IMG/VR virus record: IMGVR_UViG_3300030380_005539
Location: 62,001 to 126,000 of that record
Length of the DNA stretch: 64,000 bases
Reading direction: 5' to 3' (one strand)
From: an uncultured virus (IMG/VR IMGVR_UViG_3300030380_005539)
Taxonomy: Duplodnaviria; Heunggongvirae; Uroviricota; Caudoviricetes
Positions 46,813 to 56,233 of the stretch are shown piece after piece. The first letter of the stretch is position 1. Every line of letters begins with the position of its first letter. The translations under genes were made by a program, and so were the position numbers. The notes under the pieces were generated by a model. It worked only from the letters and a program-made list of their open reading frames with translations. It had not been told where the DNA came from and did not search any database.

Positions 46813-47301
46813 ATGGCAGATTTATTAATGAGAATGCCGGTTCCTTATGAACCATTAAGAAAGAATAGATGGATTCTTAGATTTCCTGATGATTTAGGTA
46901 TTCAAGAATGGTGGATTTCTACTGCAAGTAGACCTAAATACACTAGTGATGAAGTATCAATACCATTTTTAAATACTGAGACGTATGTTATCGGTAGATT
47001 TAGATGGGAAACAATCTCTGTTACATTTAGAGATCCAATTGGTCCTTCTGCAACACAAGCATTAATGGAATGGGTAAGATTACACTCTGAATCTGTAACT
47101 GGTAGACAAGGATACGCAGCAGGATACAAAAAGAATGTAGAATTAGAAATGTTAGATCCAACAGGTGTAGTAGTACAAAAATGGATTTTAGAAGGTACTC
47201 AATTAAATGACGCTGATTTTGGTGGTTTAGATTATAGTTCTTCTGACTTAGCAGACATTACATGTACATTAAGGTTTGATAGAGCAATTAACGTATTCTA
47301 A
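46813..47301 (+). CDS. Tail tube protein (T4 gp19-like)
   Basis: YEPLRKNRW, RP, G..RWETISVTFRDPI, MEW, GYAAGYKK...LDPTG.VVQKW.LEG, LDYS, LRFD. Confidence 0.92.
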   Translation: MADLLMRMPVPYEPLRKNRWILRFPDDLGIQEWWISTASRPKYTSDEVSIPFLNTETYVIGRFRWETISVTFRDPIGPSATQALMEWVRLHSESVTGRQGYAAGYKKNVELEMLDPTGVVVQKWILEGTQLNDADFGGLDYSSSDLADITCTLRFDRAINVF

Positions 47302-47324
47302 ATCAAATTAACATATATAATATT

Positions 47325-47349
47325 AAAAGTCGCATAAAGCGACTTTTTC
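47325..47349 (+). terminator. Intrinsic terminator after the tail tube gene
   Basis: AAAAGTCGC-ATAAA-GCGACTTTT(T). Confidence 0.8.
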
Positions 47350-47385
47350 TATGCTTTTAAATATTTATATAAAAACTCTATTAGA

Positions 47386-50300
47386 ATGAAAATTATAATT
47401 TCCGAAACACAGTATAAAAAAGTTTTTGATAATGATTTTTTAATTATTAGTGAACAAGAAGTAGATGGAATATCTGGTGCGGCTATCTCAACTCCAAAGT
47501 TGGGAAGTGGATGGATTCAAAATAGTACTGCACCAGGAAAAATTAATTATGGTATTAACGAGTTAAATACCTATGTCGCATGTAGACCAAAGGGGAATAT
47601 AGTTGCAGGAATACCTGGTCCAGATTGGGACTGGTGTAAAGCTAGACAATATGGTGATCCTCATATGGGTGCAGTAACTTATGAATATAACGGAAAAATG
47701 GTAACCATTAAAGATTTTAATAGTAGAGCGGAAGATGATGGAAGATATTCTTATGATGTTGGGGGAAATATTCTTTCTTCTACATATGATGTACTATTAA
47801 ACCCTAAAAGTGAAAAAAATATTATAAACAACGCTATTGGGACATATAATAGTGTTTATAGTAGTTGGAATAGGTTACGAAAACTAGGTAATTGGGACGG
47901 TTTAGCATGTAATTTACTCACATTTAGTAATTCTAAAAGTAAATTAGAAGAAGTATTTAATAATCCTTATAGTAGTGGAATAGGTATTGGTAATACCAAT
48001 TTATTGTGGCCAGGTGACTTAATAAAAGAATATTTTAAATTAAAAACAGTTGTTGAAGAAGATATTTTGAGTATTTGGGGTCAAGAAGCATTTAAAAAGG
48101 AACAAATAGAATTAGGTGAAAGGTATAAATTATCCCTAAAAAGGTGGAAAGAAGATTATAAAAAATGGAAACAACAATTCGGTGAGAAATATAATACCAT
48201 ACAAAACTCCATTAATGATATCATAAATAGTAAAAATAATGCTTTTGCAATAGAAGATTATAGAAATAATTCATGGAGAGATCAAGACAGTAATGATCCA
48301 TCTAAGTACAGACCTAATTATGTTAATAATTTACTAACTAACAATACTTACCAAAGTGATTTAGAAAATGATCCTAAACCAGTTGATTGGTATGCATTAC
48401 TTAAAGAATTAGAATCACAAATAGGTGAAATTAAATTACCTAGAAAGTTAACTAAAAAAGAACCTATACAGAAATTCCAAAATTGGTTAGACAAAAATTA
48501 CCCAACTCAGTGGACTACAACAGGTAAACCTTTAAATAAAAAAACACCGGGTTATGGAACATTTGGGCCACAAACTACTAAAGCGTGGAAAAAATATGGA
48601 CCGGTTTATTATTATCAATTAAATGGTAAAATTAAACCGCCACCAGTAAAACCTAAAGAACCAGAAATAAGAGATTTAGCACAAAGAAATATGGGTGAAA
48701 AAAGTAATTTAGAACAAATGATTGAAACTTATTTACATATTATAGACGCCTCAGCAAGTCATAATGAAAGGTTTGAGAGTCAAAGTGCGAGTAAATATAA
48801 AGAATATTGTAGTAAACCCGTAGGAGATTTTAGAAACCCATCAGATGGTAAAGTAAGATGGAATCCAAATAGTAGGAACACCTGGAAAACGGACTGGTTT
48901 GATGAATATGGACGCCCAAAACAAGTGGTTGCCGAATCAAAAAAACATAAAATAGATGAACAAATAATAGTAGTCCCACCTGTACCTTATTATGATGTTG
49001 AAAAATCATTCGATTATAAAGATAATGATAAAAATACTTTTAATCTTGTGTGTAGTCAAAAGAATCTAGGTGGTGTATGGTGGTACAGTGGAGGTAAAAA
49101 TTTAGGAACTTGTGGTTGTGTTAATAACCCAACTAATTCATTTAAATTAAATGGATCAACTATTAATATGTCTAAAATTGTTGAGTATAGTGCGGTAGAG
49201 AATGATGTACGAAGTTTATGGGAAAAAACTTCTGATTGGGCTAGTAAGTGTGTAGGTGATTGGCATTGTATTGCAGATGTAGCATCTATTGCAGTATTAT
49301 TTATACCCGTACCAGGATTAAATGTGGCATTATCTGCTGCGATTGATGGTGTGAGTGCTGCTGGGTATGTAATTGAACAAGATGAGGGTTGGGAATTAAA
49401 TGCGGGATTAACTTTAGTAGGTGCATTGTTTAGTGGAGCAGAAGCGATGAAATTTACAAATAAAGCATTAAAAGGTGGTTTAAAGAATGTAAAATGGACT
49501 AAAGCTTTAGGTGAAATAACAACGGAGTTAAATGATAAAGCATTTAAGAATACACTTGAGGGTATGACTAAATCAGAAGCGGCGGATGTATGGAGTAAAA
49601 AATTAAGAGATTTAGTTTCAGAATATTCATCTAAGGAAATAAAACAATTATCTGATGTGATAGACGCTTTTCAAAAAATGCCAAATAAAGCGGTAGACGG
49701 TTTGGAAAAAATAATGAGAAGTATGAAAAACTTAACTCCAAAAGAAAAAGAAATTTTACAACAGTTAACAAAAAAAGGAGTTAAAAAAGATAAACTTAAA
49801 CCATTTCTAGATGATTTAATAAAGGTAGATTATGACATTAAAAAAGTTATAAAAAAATATATACCTAAGTTTAGTAATAAAGAAGCTTTAATACAAGCAA
49901 CTTTATTTGGGTTAGTACAAGGTTATGGAGAAGAAATTGGTAAGGCATTAAGTAAAGGTTTTGACGCATTAAAAAAGTTTACAGGTTACGATATAGATAA
50001 TAAACTTACTTCTAAAGAAGATATTAATAAAAAAGACGCTTCTTCATTAGCGATAAAACAAAAAATAGAAGATTTAGCTAGTTATTATTTATTAGCACAT
50101 ATGATAGATATTGAAACTAGAATAGGTGTAGGTAATTTACTAAGTAAATATGATATTAAAGTAGAAAAAAATGTAAGAGATATAGTATTTAATGGGATGG
50201 AAAGTATAATAGGTAAAGTTATTTTAGAAAAAACAGGTAAATGGTTGAGAGAAATAACAGATACTGCCACTCAAATGGAAAAGGAAGGTAAACCTACAGA

Positions 50301-50478
50301 AGAAATTAAAACTTTTATTATAACAAAATATGATGAAATATTAGAATTATTAGAAAATGCCCCCGAACAAGATAAATTAAAAGAGTTAGAAAAAAACTTA
50401 GAAATAGAAAATAATAAAAACGAAGAATTTAGTGAGGCAGATAAAGAAAATGCCAAACATTGGGGTATTGAATTGTAA
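47386..50478 (+). CDS. Large putative virion-internal protein with a peptidoglycan-binding-like motif and a hydrophobic hairpin
   Basis: Leader MKIIISETQYKK...IISEQ; IQKFQNWL...GYGTFGPQTTKAW; DVASIAVLFIPVPGLNVALSAAIDGVSAAGY...AGLTLVGALF. Confidence 0.65.
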   Translation: MKIIISETQYKKVFDNDFLIISEQEVDGISGAAISTPKLGSGWIQNSTAPGKINYGINELNTYVACRPKGNIVAGIPGPDWDWCKARQYGDPHMGAVTYEYNGKMVTIKDFNSRAEDDGRYSYDVGGNILSSTYDVLLNPKSEKNIINNAIGTYNSVYSSWNRLRKLGNWDGLACNLLTFSNSKSKLEEVFNNPYSSGIGIGNTNLLWPGDLIKEYFKLKTVVEEDILSIWGQEAFKKEQIELGERYKLSLKRWKEDYKKWKQQFGEKYNTIQNSINDIINSKNNAFAIEDYRNNSWRDQDSNDPSKYRPNYVNNLLTNNTYQSDLENDPKPVDWYALLKELESQIGEIKLPRKLTKKEPIQKFQNWLDKNYPTQWTTTGKPLNKKTPGYGTFGPQTTKAWKKYGPVYYYQLNGKIKPPPVKPKEPEIRDLAQRNMGEKSNLEQMIETYLHIIDASASHNERFESQSASKYKEYCSKPVGDFRNPSDGKVRWNPNSRNTWKTDWFDEYGRPKQVVAESKKHKIDEQIIVVPPVPYYDVEKSFDYKDNDKNTFNLVCSQKNLGGVWWYSGGKNLGTCGCVNNPTNSFKLNGSTINMSKIVEYSAVENDVRSLWEKTSDWASKCVGDWHCIADVASIAVLFIPVPGLNVALSAAIDGVSAAGYVIEQDEGWELNAGLTLVGALFSGAEAMKFTNKALKGGLKNVKWTKALGEITTELNDKAFKNTLEGMTKSEAADVWSKKLRDLVSEYSSKEIKQLSDVIDAFQKMPNKAVDGLEKIMRSMKNLTPKEKEILQQLTKKGVKKDKLKPFLDDLIKVDYDIKKVIKKYIPKFSNKEALIQATLFGLVQGYGEEIGKALSKGFDALKKFTGYDIDNKLTSKEDINKKDASSLAIKQKIEDLASYYLLAHMIDIETRIGVGNLLSKYDIKVEKNVRDIVFNGMESIIGKVILEKTGKWLREITDTATQMEKEGKPTEEIKTFIITKYDEILELLENAPEQDKLKELEKNLEIENNKNEEFSEADKENAKHWGIEL

Positions 50479-50508
50479 ACATTATATAATATAGTTATAT
50501 TTATTAAT

Positions 50509-51390
50509 ATGGAGAAAAAAATTAATGAGGAAATTGAACGAATTAAAAGTCTTTTTACTGAAGAGAGACTTTATGGTAATTTAGTTAAGGAACAAGTTAC
50601 CAATCCCGATTCTAATGGTGATTTTGTAATAGATACCACAGAATTTACTGCATCTGGTAATGACATAACTGCAGATGAGGCTAAATTATTCGTTAATGCC
50701 TATCATACCGCAAACCCAACTAGAAACACTGAAGTAGGACATTGTATTAATCAATCAGTAATTCAAATGATGATTAAAAAATTTCCTAGATTGGTGGAAA
50801 GTCCTATGAATTATGGAGTAACAAGTTTAGGGGGTAAATGTTACCTATACTCCAACAATAGAGGTACAATTAGTTATCCAGCACAAATAACTAAATTAGA
50901 ATTTTGGCAAAATGATTGGATTACTTTTTATGTAACTCTTAAGACACCTATTGATTTATCAACTGAAGATAGTTATAAAAAAACATTCAATAAAAATTGG
51001 AGTAATACTAAAGCGGTAACTCCCGGCACAATAGAAATGAGGGTAAAACTCAATGAGACTGCTAACCGAACAGAAAAGATAAAATATTTACAATATAAAG
51101 CACCTATAACTAACTTAGGTACTACTGCTACTACATCAACATACGGTCAAATAACTTTTATGAATTTTTATGATGAAAGTGGTAACAAAAAAACTATTCA
51201 GTCATTAATTGATAAAATTGATGAATCAAGTGTATACGGTGGATGGATGGCCGGTGATGGTACAGGTAGTACATATCAATATGATCCTGATGGTGTAGAT
51301 ATGGATGGTTTATTACAAGATACAAATACTACAAATTTAACTGTTAGTGGAGGAGATATTAAAGAAATGGTAGTTAACTTAATTAGATAA
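50509..51390 (+). CDS. Hypothetical protein with LxE-type leader
   Basis: MEKKINEEIERIKSLFTEERLYGNLVKEQ start. Confidence 0.75.
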   Translation: MEKKINEEIERIKSLFTEERLYGNLVKEQVTNPDSNGDFVIDTTEFTASGNDITADEAKLFVNAYHTANPTRNTEVGHCINQSVIQMMIKKFPRLVESPMNYGVTSLGGKCYLYSNNRGTISYPAQITKLEFWQNDWITFYVTLKTPIDLSTEDSYKKTFNKNWSNTKAVTPGTIEMRVKLNETANRTEKIKYLQYKAPITNLGTTATTSTYGQITFMNFYDESGNKKTIQSLIDKIDESSVYGGWMAGDGTGSTYQYDPDGVDMDGLLQDTNTTNLTVSGGDIKEMVVNLIR

Positions 51391-51399
51391 TAGAAAAAG

Positions 51400-54003
51400 A
51401 TGAAAAAAAAATTAATTTATTTAGATAAGAAAAAGTTTAACCTTATGTTAGAAAGGATGGATAATAGAGTTAATTATGACGAATCCATAAATTTGAAGAA
51501 AAAAATTTTAATTACTGAAGGTGAAGGTGGTATTGGAAAAATAATTAGAGGTTTCCTTAATAGTGGTAAATTTGTTGCAGATGAAGTAGCGGTTGTTGCA
51601 AGAGCACTAAGTGGAGATGTTGACGAATTAAAAAAATTATTAAGAAGATTAGATGATGACCCACAGGGTTTTAAGGTTAGTTTAAATAACTCATTAGTAG
51701 ATTTAGGTGTTAGTGCAAGTGCATTAAAAGGATTAGAGAATTTTATAGATAATGTACGTATAGTTGAGAAATCAAAACCTGAAGATGTTTATACAAATTT
51801 ATTTTATAATTTATCTAAAGATGGTAAAACTGTAGATGAAGCAGTTAAAGAAATTGATAAGTTATGGGATGATATGCCAGAAGTTTTGAAAAGAAAAACA
51901 AATGATATTGATTTCCCATTACAAGCAACCGATGATATAAGAATAAATATAATAAAAAATAGGGTTGGTATGAGTCCTAAATTACCAATGAATATTAGAA
52001 TTAAGATTGGTGATGATATTGCTAAACAAGCAACAAAAGGTTTGAAAAAACTTCAATTAGATGAGATGCTAAAAGGTGTTGAACTTAAAAGCCCAATTAG
52101 TGAGTATGTGGTATTAACTAATAAAACTAGTGGTAATCATATAATAGTACATAAAAATAATGTTGGTGGTTTTGTGAATAAGTTTGAAATTGTCGGAAGT
52201 AATAAGTTTGAGATAAGTGATGGTGTAAGTTTTAGAGGTAAAGATGGTGATACTATAGTAGTAATGGATGATCTTAACTTTAAATCAGGTTTAAGTGAGG
52301 AAGAGTTAGCCATATTAAAAAATGAGTTAAAAGGTGCTAATTCTATGGAGAAAACGGAAGAATTACTTGCAGAAATAATAAAGAATCAAAGATTAAATGA
52401 AAGAGCAATTGCAAAAGTTAAAAGAAATAAATATTGGGTTTATTCAATAGTAGGTATAGAATGGGCTTTAGAAGCATTGATACAAACTATTTCTTGTATA
52501 ACTAAGGAAGATGGTGAATTAAGACGTGTAAGGAAAGATAAAATGGAACAATTTTTAGATATGGAGTATGACATGGAAACAAATCCTAATACAAAATATA
52601 CTGAAAAAGATTTACTTCAGTTTACTGAACCGGTGGATTTTTTGGATTGTTTTAGGACTTTTATGAATACAGATTTAGTTGATGTAACTGACAGATATGA
52701 TCCTAAAGGTTATTTTGAACATTATTTCCCCTTACCTTTATGGGGTGTAGGATCTTCAATTATAGATTATTTATTTACATTTAGTGTTGATTTACAGAGG
52801 TTACTAGGTGTGATTGATGCTAAACTGAAATCTACTATTAAACAACAAGTAAATAAACTACTAAAAAATAAAAATTTGGTTGAGATATTAAATCACAAGT
52901 GCGAATATACTAAAGAAGAAGCTTTTAATCTGATTAAAAATGAGGGTGGGGATAATAATGAATCAGTTAAGGATTTATCAAAAATTTTAAATGTTATAGG
53001 TGTAGATGGTGAGTTTAAAAATAATTTAGTACAAAATATACTTAGTGGAAATGAAGCGTTAGCATTAACAAAAAAGGAAGTTGATGATATGAAAGATGGT
53101 GCAACTAAGGATATTAATGTTAACGTAGATGTTTCAGGATGGGATGGAATAAAAAATGGAAAGGGTATTGATTTAGCTTCTAAATTAATAAGAAAATGTC
53201 AAGCCACAAAGGCAGAATTAATTATTACATTATTGAACGCGGCAGGAGAAAATGAAGTTGAGAGAAAATTAAATGATTTAATATTATTTACTGATGGTTC
53301 TGTATCTAAAGATGAAATAAAAACTATGGCTAAAGATATAGGTAAGGGTAAACAAATCGATTTGGGAAGTAAATTTACAGTTTCAAATGGTAAGAAAAAC
53401 ACAGAAGAAGGTATTAATTTAATGGGTTTTGCAATGAATTACGGTACACAGAGAAAAACAGATATTGAAGGACCTACTGTAGCAAGAAAATATTTTCAAG
53501 ACGTAAATAAGTTGGCTAGTGATGAATTTATAGATAAACAATTTAATGCGTTAGTAGATTATATGAAAAATGATGTGTCAGATGACAATGTAGATTCTAC
53601 AACTACTCGAAATTTAGATTTAGGAGTTGTAATAAATTTTGATTTAACTTTACCTGATTATAAATGGCAAAGTATCTTAAACAATAAAAGTGTAGAGGAG
53701 GGTTGTAATATTATGAAAGCAACTATGTATAATTTTGCTGCAAAAAGTAAATTTAAACCCTTTATTAGTATGTTAAGTCCCGATAATGAAGGTGAATTGT
53801 ATACAAAACATGAAGATGTAAATGGTAATCCTTCATTTCAATTTATTATAACCGATGAAACACTTACTGAATTAGCTAAATTACCTGTTAAAGGTTGGTG
53901 TGATAAAGTTACTGCTAATGGTGAAAGAAAAGGTAAGACAAAAAGTGACTGTACTTCCGAATTAATAGAATTCGCCAAAACTTTACCTTGCTACGTAGAG
54001 TAA
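51400..54003 (+). CDS. Large hypothetical protein with LxE-type leader
   Basis: 867 aa; ...LMLERM...KKKILITEG start; hydrophobic YWVYSIVGIEWALEALI segment. Confidence 0.75.
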   Translation: MKKKLIYLDKKKFNLMLERMDNRVNYDESINLKKKILITEGEGGIGKIIRGFLNSGKFVADEVAVVARALSGDVDELKKLLRRLDDDPQGFKVSLNNSLVDLGVSASALKGLENFIDNVRIVEKSKPEDVYTNLFYNLSKDGKTVDEAVKEIDKLWDDMPEVLKRKTNDIDFPLQATDDIRINIIKNRVGMSPKLPMNIRIKIGDDIAKQATKGLKKLQLDEMLKGVELKSPISEYVVLTNKTSGNHIIVHKNNVGGFVNKFEIVGSNKFEISDGVSFRGKDGDTIVVMDDLNFKSGLSEEELAILKNELKGANSMEKTEELLAEIIKNQRLNERAIAKVKRNKYWVYSIVGIEWALEALIQTISCITKEDGELRRVRKDKMEQFLDMEYDMETNPNTKYTEKDLLQFTEPVDFLDCFRTFMNTDLVDVTDRYDPKGYFEHYFPLPLWGVGSSIIDYLFTFSVDLQRLLGVIDAKLKSTIKQQVNKLLKNKNLVEILNHKCEYTKEEAFNLIKNEGGDNNESVKDLSKILNVIGVDGEFKNNLVQNILSGNEALALTKKEVDDMKDGATKDINVNVDVSGWDGIKNGKGIDLASKLIRKCQATKAELIITLLNAAGENEVERKLNDLILFTDGSVSKDEIKTMAKDIGKGKQIDLGSKFTVSNGKKNTEEGINLMGFAMNYGTQRKTDIEGPTVARKYFQDVNKLASDEFIDKQFNALVDYMKNDVSDDNVDSTTTRNLDLGVVINFDLTLPDYKWQSILNNKSVEEGCNIMKATMYNFAAKSKFKPFISMLSPDNEGELYTKHEDVNGNPSFQFIITDETLTELAKLPVKGWCDKVTANGERKGKTKSDCTSELIEFAKTLPCYVE

Positions 54004-54066
54004 AAAAAATCAACATTTAATATTTATTTAATAGAATAATAGATTAAATTAATAAAAAAATGTTTT

Positions 54067-54852
54067 ATGGAGCAAAATATACAAAATTCTTTAGATCCTA
54101 ATTATGTACCTGAAGATTTAAGAACACCTTTCGATGTGTTAGATTTACCATCACAGGGATTATTATACGATAATAAATTAAAACAAGTTAAAGTAGAATA
54201 TTTAACTGCAATGGATGAAAATATTCTTAGTTCACCTAATTTGAGTGCAAAACCAGATGTGATGATTGATTTACTTATTAAAAGAAAGGTAAAAGATTTA
54301 AATATGGATGTTAGTGAATTGTTAGAAGGAGATAGAATGGCTATTCTAATATTTTTACGTTCTACCGCTTTTGGTGAGAAATATACCCAATTAGTTTGGG
54401 ATGAAAATAGTGGTGATTATGTAGAAGGTGAGATAGATTTAAGTCAGTTAAAACAAAAAAAATTAATGATTAAACCAGATGTTAATGGTGAGATAGATTT
54501 TAAATTACCTAAATCTGGAAAATTAATTAAGTTTAAATTTTTAACATCTAAAGAAGAACAAGAAATTGATATTGCAGACAAAAGTCAGATGAAAAGAAGT
54601 AAAGAAAAAGTTTCTCAAAAAATAACACTTAGGTTGGAGAAATGTGTTACCGAAATTGATGGTGAGAGAGATAAAATAATAATTTCAAATATCTTAAAAA
54701 AGATACCACTTATTGATTCTAGATCATTACGAAAGTATATTGATGATAATGAACCAGGTATTGATTTTAATACAAACGCACGGATTCAGGGGGGAGAATC
54801 CGTTAGTTGCTTTCTTAGATTCGGACCGAATTTTTTATGGCCTAAACTCTGA
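54067..54852 (+). CDS. Baseplate hub/tail assembly chaperone (T4 gp26-like)
   Basis: LPSQG..Y, YLTA.DENIL, GDR.AILIFLR..AFG..Y, LPKSG..IKFKFLT, DSR.LR.YI...EPGID, C-terminal FLWP. Confidence 0.75.
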   Translation: MEQNIQNSLDPNYVPEDLRTPFDVLDLPSQGLLYDNKLKQVKVEYLTAMDENILSSPNLSAKPDVMIDLLIKRKVKDLNMDVSELLEGDRMAILIFLRSTAFGEKYTQLVWDENSGDYVEGEIDLSQLKQKKLMIKPDVNGEIDFKLPKSGKLIKFKFLTSKEEQEIDIADKSQMKRSKEKVSQKITLRLEKCVTEIDGERDKIIISNILKKIPLIDSRSLRKYIDDNEPGIDFNTNARIQGGESVSCFLRFGPNFLWPKL

Positions 54853-54985
54853 ATACCTACTACACTTACATAAAGAAATATCTTATTTAGTAAAAACAGG
54901 TCAGTTTTCATATAGTGATATAATGATAATGCCTACTTATAGTAGAAGAATATTTATTGGTAATCTTACTAAGAAAGAAGAATAA
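54831..54985 (+). CDS. gp51-like small chaperone segment, probably reached by frameshift from the upstream gene
   Basis: +1 frame: FYGLNSEYLLHLHKEISYLVKTGQFSYSDIMIMPTYSRRIFIGNL, with no start codon near its beginning. Confidence 0.6.
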
Positions 54986-55021
54986 TTTAATTTTTCTTAA
55001 TATTTATATAAAAATCGCACT

Positions 55022-56227
55022 ATGAAAAATATTGAATATTTTAATAATATTATTAAAGAAGTTATTATTGATATAGATAACTTAATAGTTGAGCAGAGTG
55101 TTAGTGTTTCTGGTTATGATGCTTTAGGTGATAGAAGTGTTAGTGATGCTGATAAAATTCAAACTATTATAGATGTTCAAAATCAAAAACCACCACAAAA
55201 TCCTATAAAAATAGAAGAAATTTATAAAGATATGTCTAATGGGAAATGGCCGGATGGGTTTCCTAGTCAATCTGAATTGGAACAACATTTTCAAAATACT
55301 ACAAATACTACCTATACTATTGAAGATGGTAAATATAAAGGTAAACAACTTACTTCAGGTGTTTATGATGCTTTAAGAATCAGTAGAGGTATAAAAAGTG
55401 CTAAGTCTAGAGTAAGGTCAGGACAAAAAAAGAAAGGTAAAGGACATGCTTCTGTGTGTTATTGTGTTAGATTTGCCAGACAATTTTTAACTGATCCAGA
55501 TGATCTTGTAGAGGAAGAGAATAAATGTCCACAAGGAAATAAAAGCGCATGTATGAAAAAATGGGAAGATGATTTAAACGCGTGGTTGCCAGCACAAAAT
55601 GAATATACTAAAAATTTAACTGAAGAATATAGACTAGATTGTATTTCAAGATATAAAAATGAAATGTTTGATTTAGATACTAGAAATTTATACGTTCATA
55701 ATAATCCTAATATAACCAATACTCCTTATTGTGAAAAATGGGATAATGATATTAAAGACCTTTTTGATGGTATAGAATCAGATCTTTCAGGTTTACTAAG
55801 TAAATTTTTTAGGGTAAAAAATCAAAAACAATTAAAAGTTAACGCTAATAAAGGTTCTGTTTCTGATAAATTAATAGTTTATAGTAATATAACAATAAAA
55901 TATGAAAATAGACCTACGGATTATAATGATAGTGGTGCAGGAGTTCCTCCTAGAGAAAATAACACCACTTTCCCTACTTGTGTAGCTAATTCAAGTAATA
56001 TTAAAAAAGGTGATGAGGTTAAATATGAGGTAATGACTGCAAGTCCATTAAATAAAGGTAAAACCGTGCAATTAAAAGATCCTGATGGAAAATATTTATT
56101 AATTACTTTTTCTAGTACAGAAAGAGGTGAGAACCAAAATGGGAATTTAAAATTTTGCGATTCCAATGGTAAACCCGTATGTTCACAAATAGGTTGGAAT
56201 GGTAAGATAACAAGACTAGAAATGTAA
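55022..56227 (+). CDS. Hypothetical protein with LxE-type leader
   Basis: MKNIEYFNNIIKEVIIDIDNLIVEQ start; ATATTTAT at 55000-55007. Confidence 0.75.
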   Translation: MKNIEYFNNIIKEVIIDIDNLIVEQSVSVSGYDALGDRSVSDADKIQTIIDVQNQKPPQNPIKIEEIYKDMSNGKWPDGFPSQSELEQHFQNTTNTTYTIEDGKYKGKQLTSGVYDALRISRGIKSAKSRVRSGQKKKGKGHASVCYCVRFARQFLTDPDDLVEEENKCPQGNKSACMKKWEDDLNAWLPAQNEYTKNLTEEYRLDCISRYKNEMFDLDTRNLYVHNNPNITNTPYCEKWDNDIKDLFDGIESDLSGLLSKFFRVKNQKQLKVNANKGSVSDKLIVYSNITIKYENRPTDYNDSGAGVPPRENNTTFPTCVANSSNIKKGDEVKYEVMTASPLNKGKTVQLKDPDGKYLLITFSSTERGENQNGNLKFCDSNGKPVCSQIGWNGKITRLEM

Positions 56228-56233
56228 TGAACT

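Noticed and set aside
54713..54830. 90 aa ORF starting at 54713 as an independent gene
   Set aside because: Its first 40 codons overlap conserved chaperone sequence in another frame; only the part after the T run looks protein-like.
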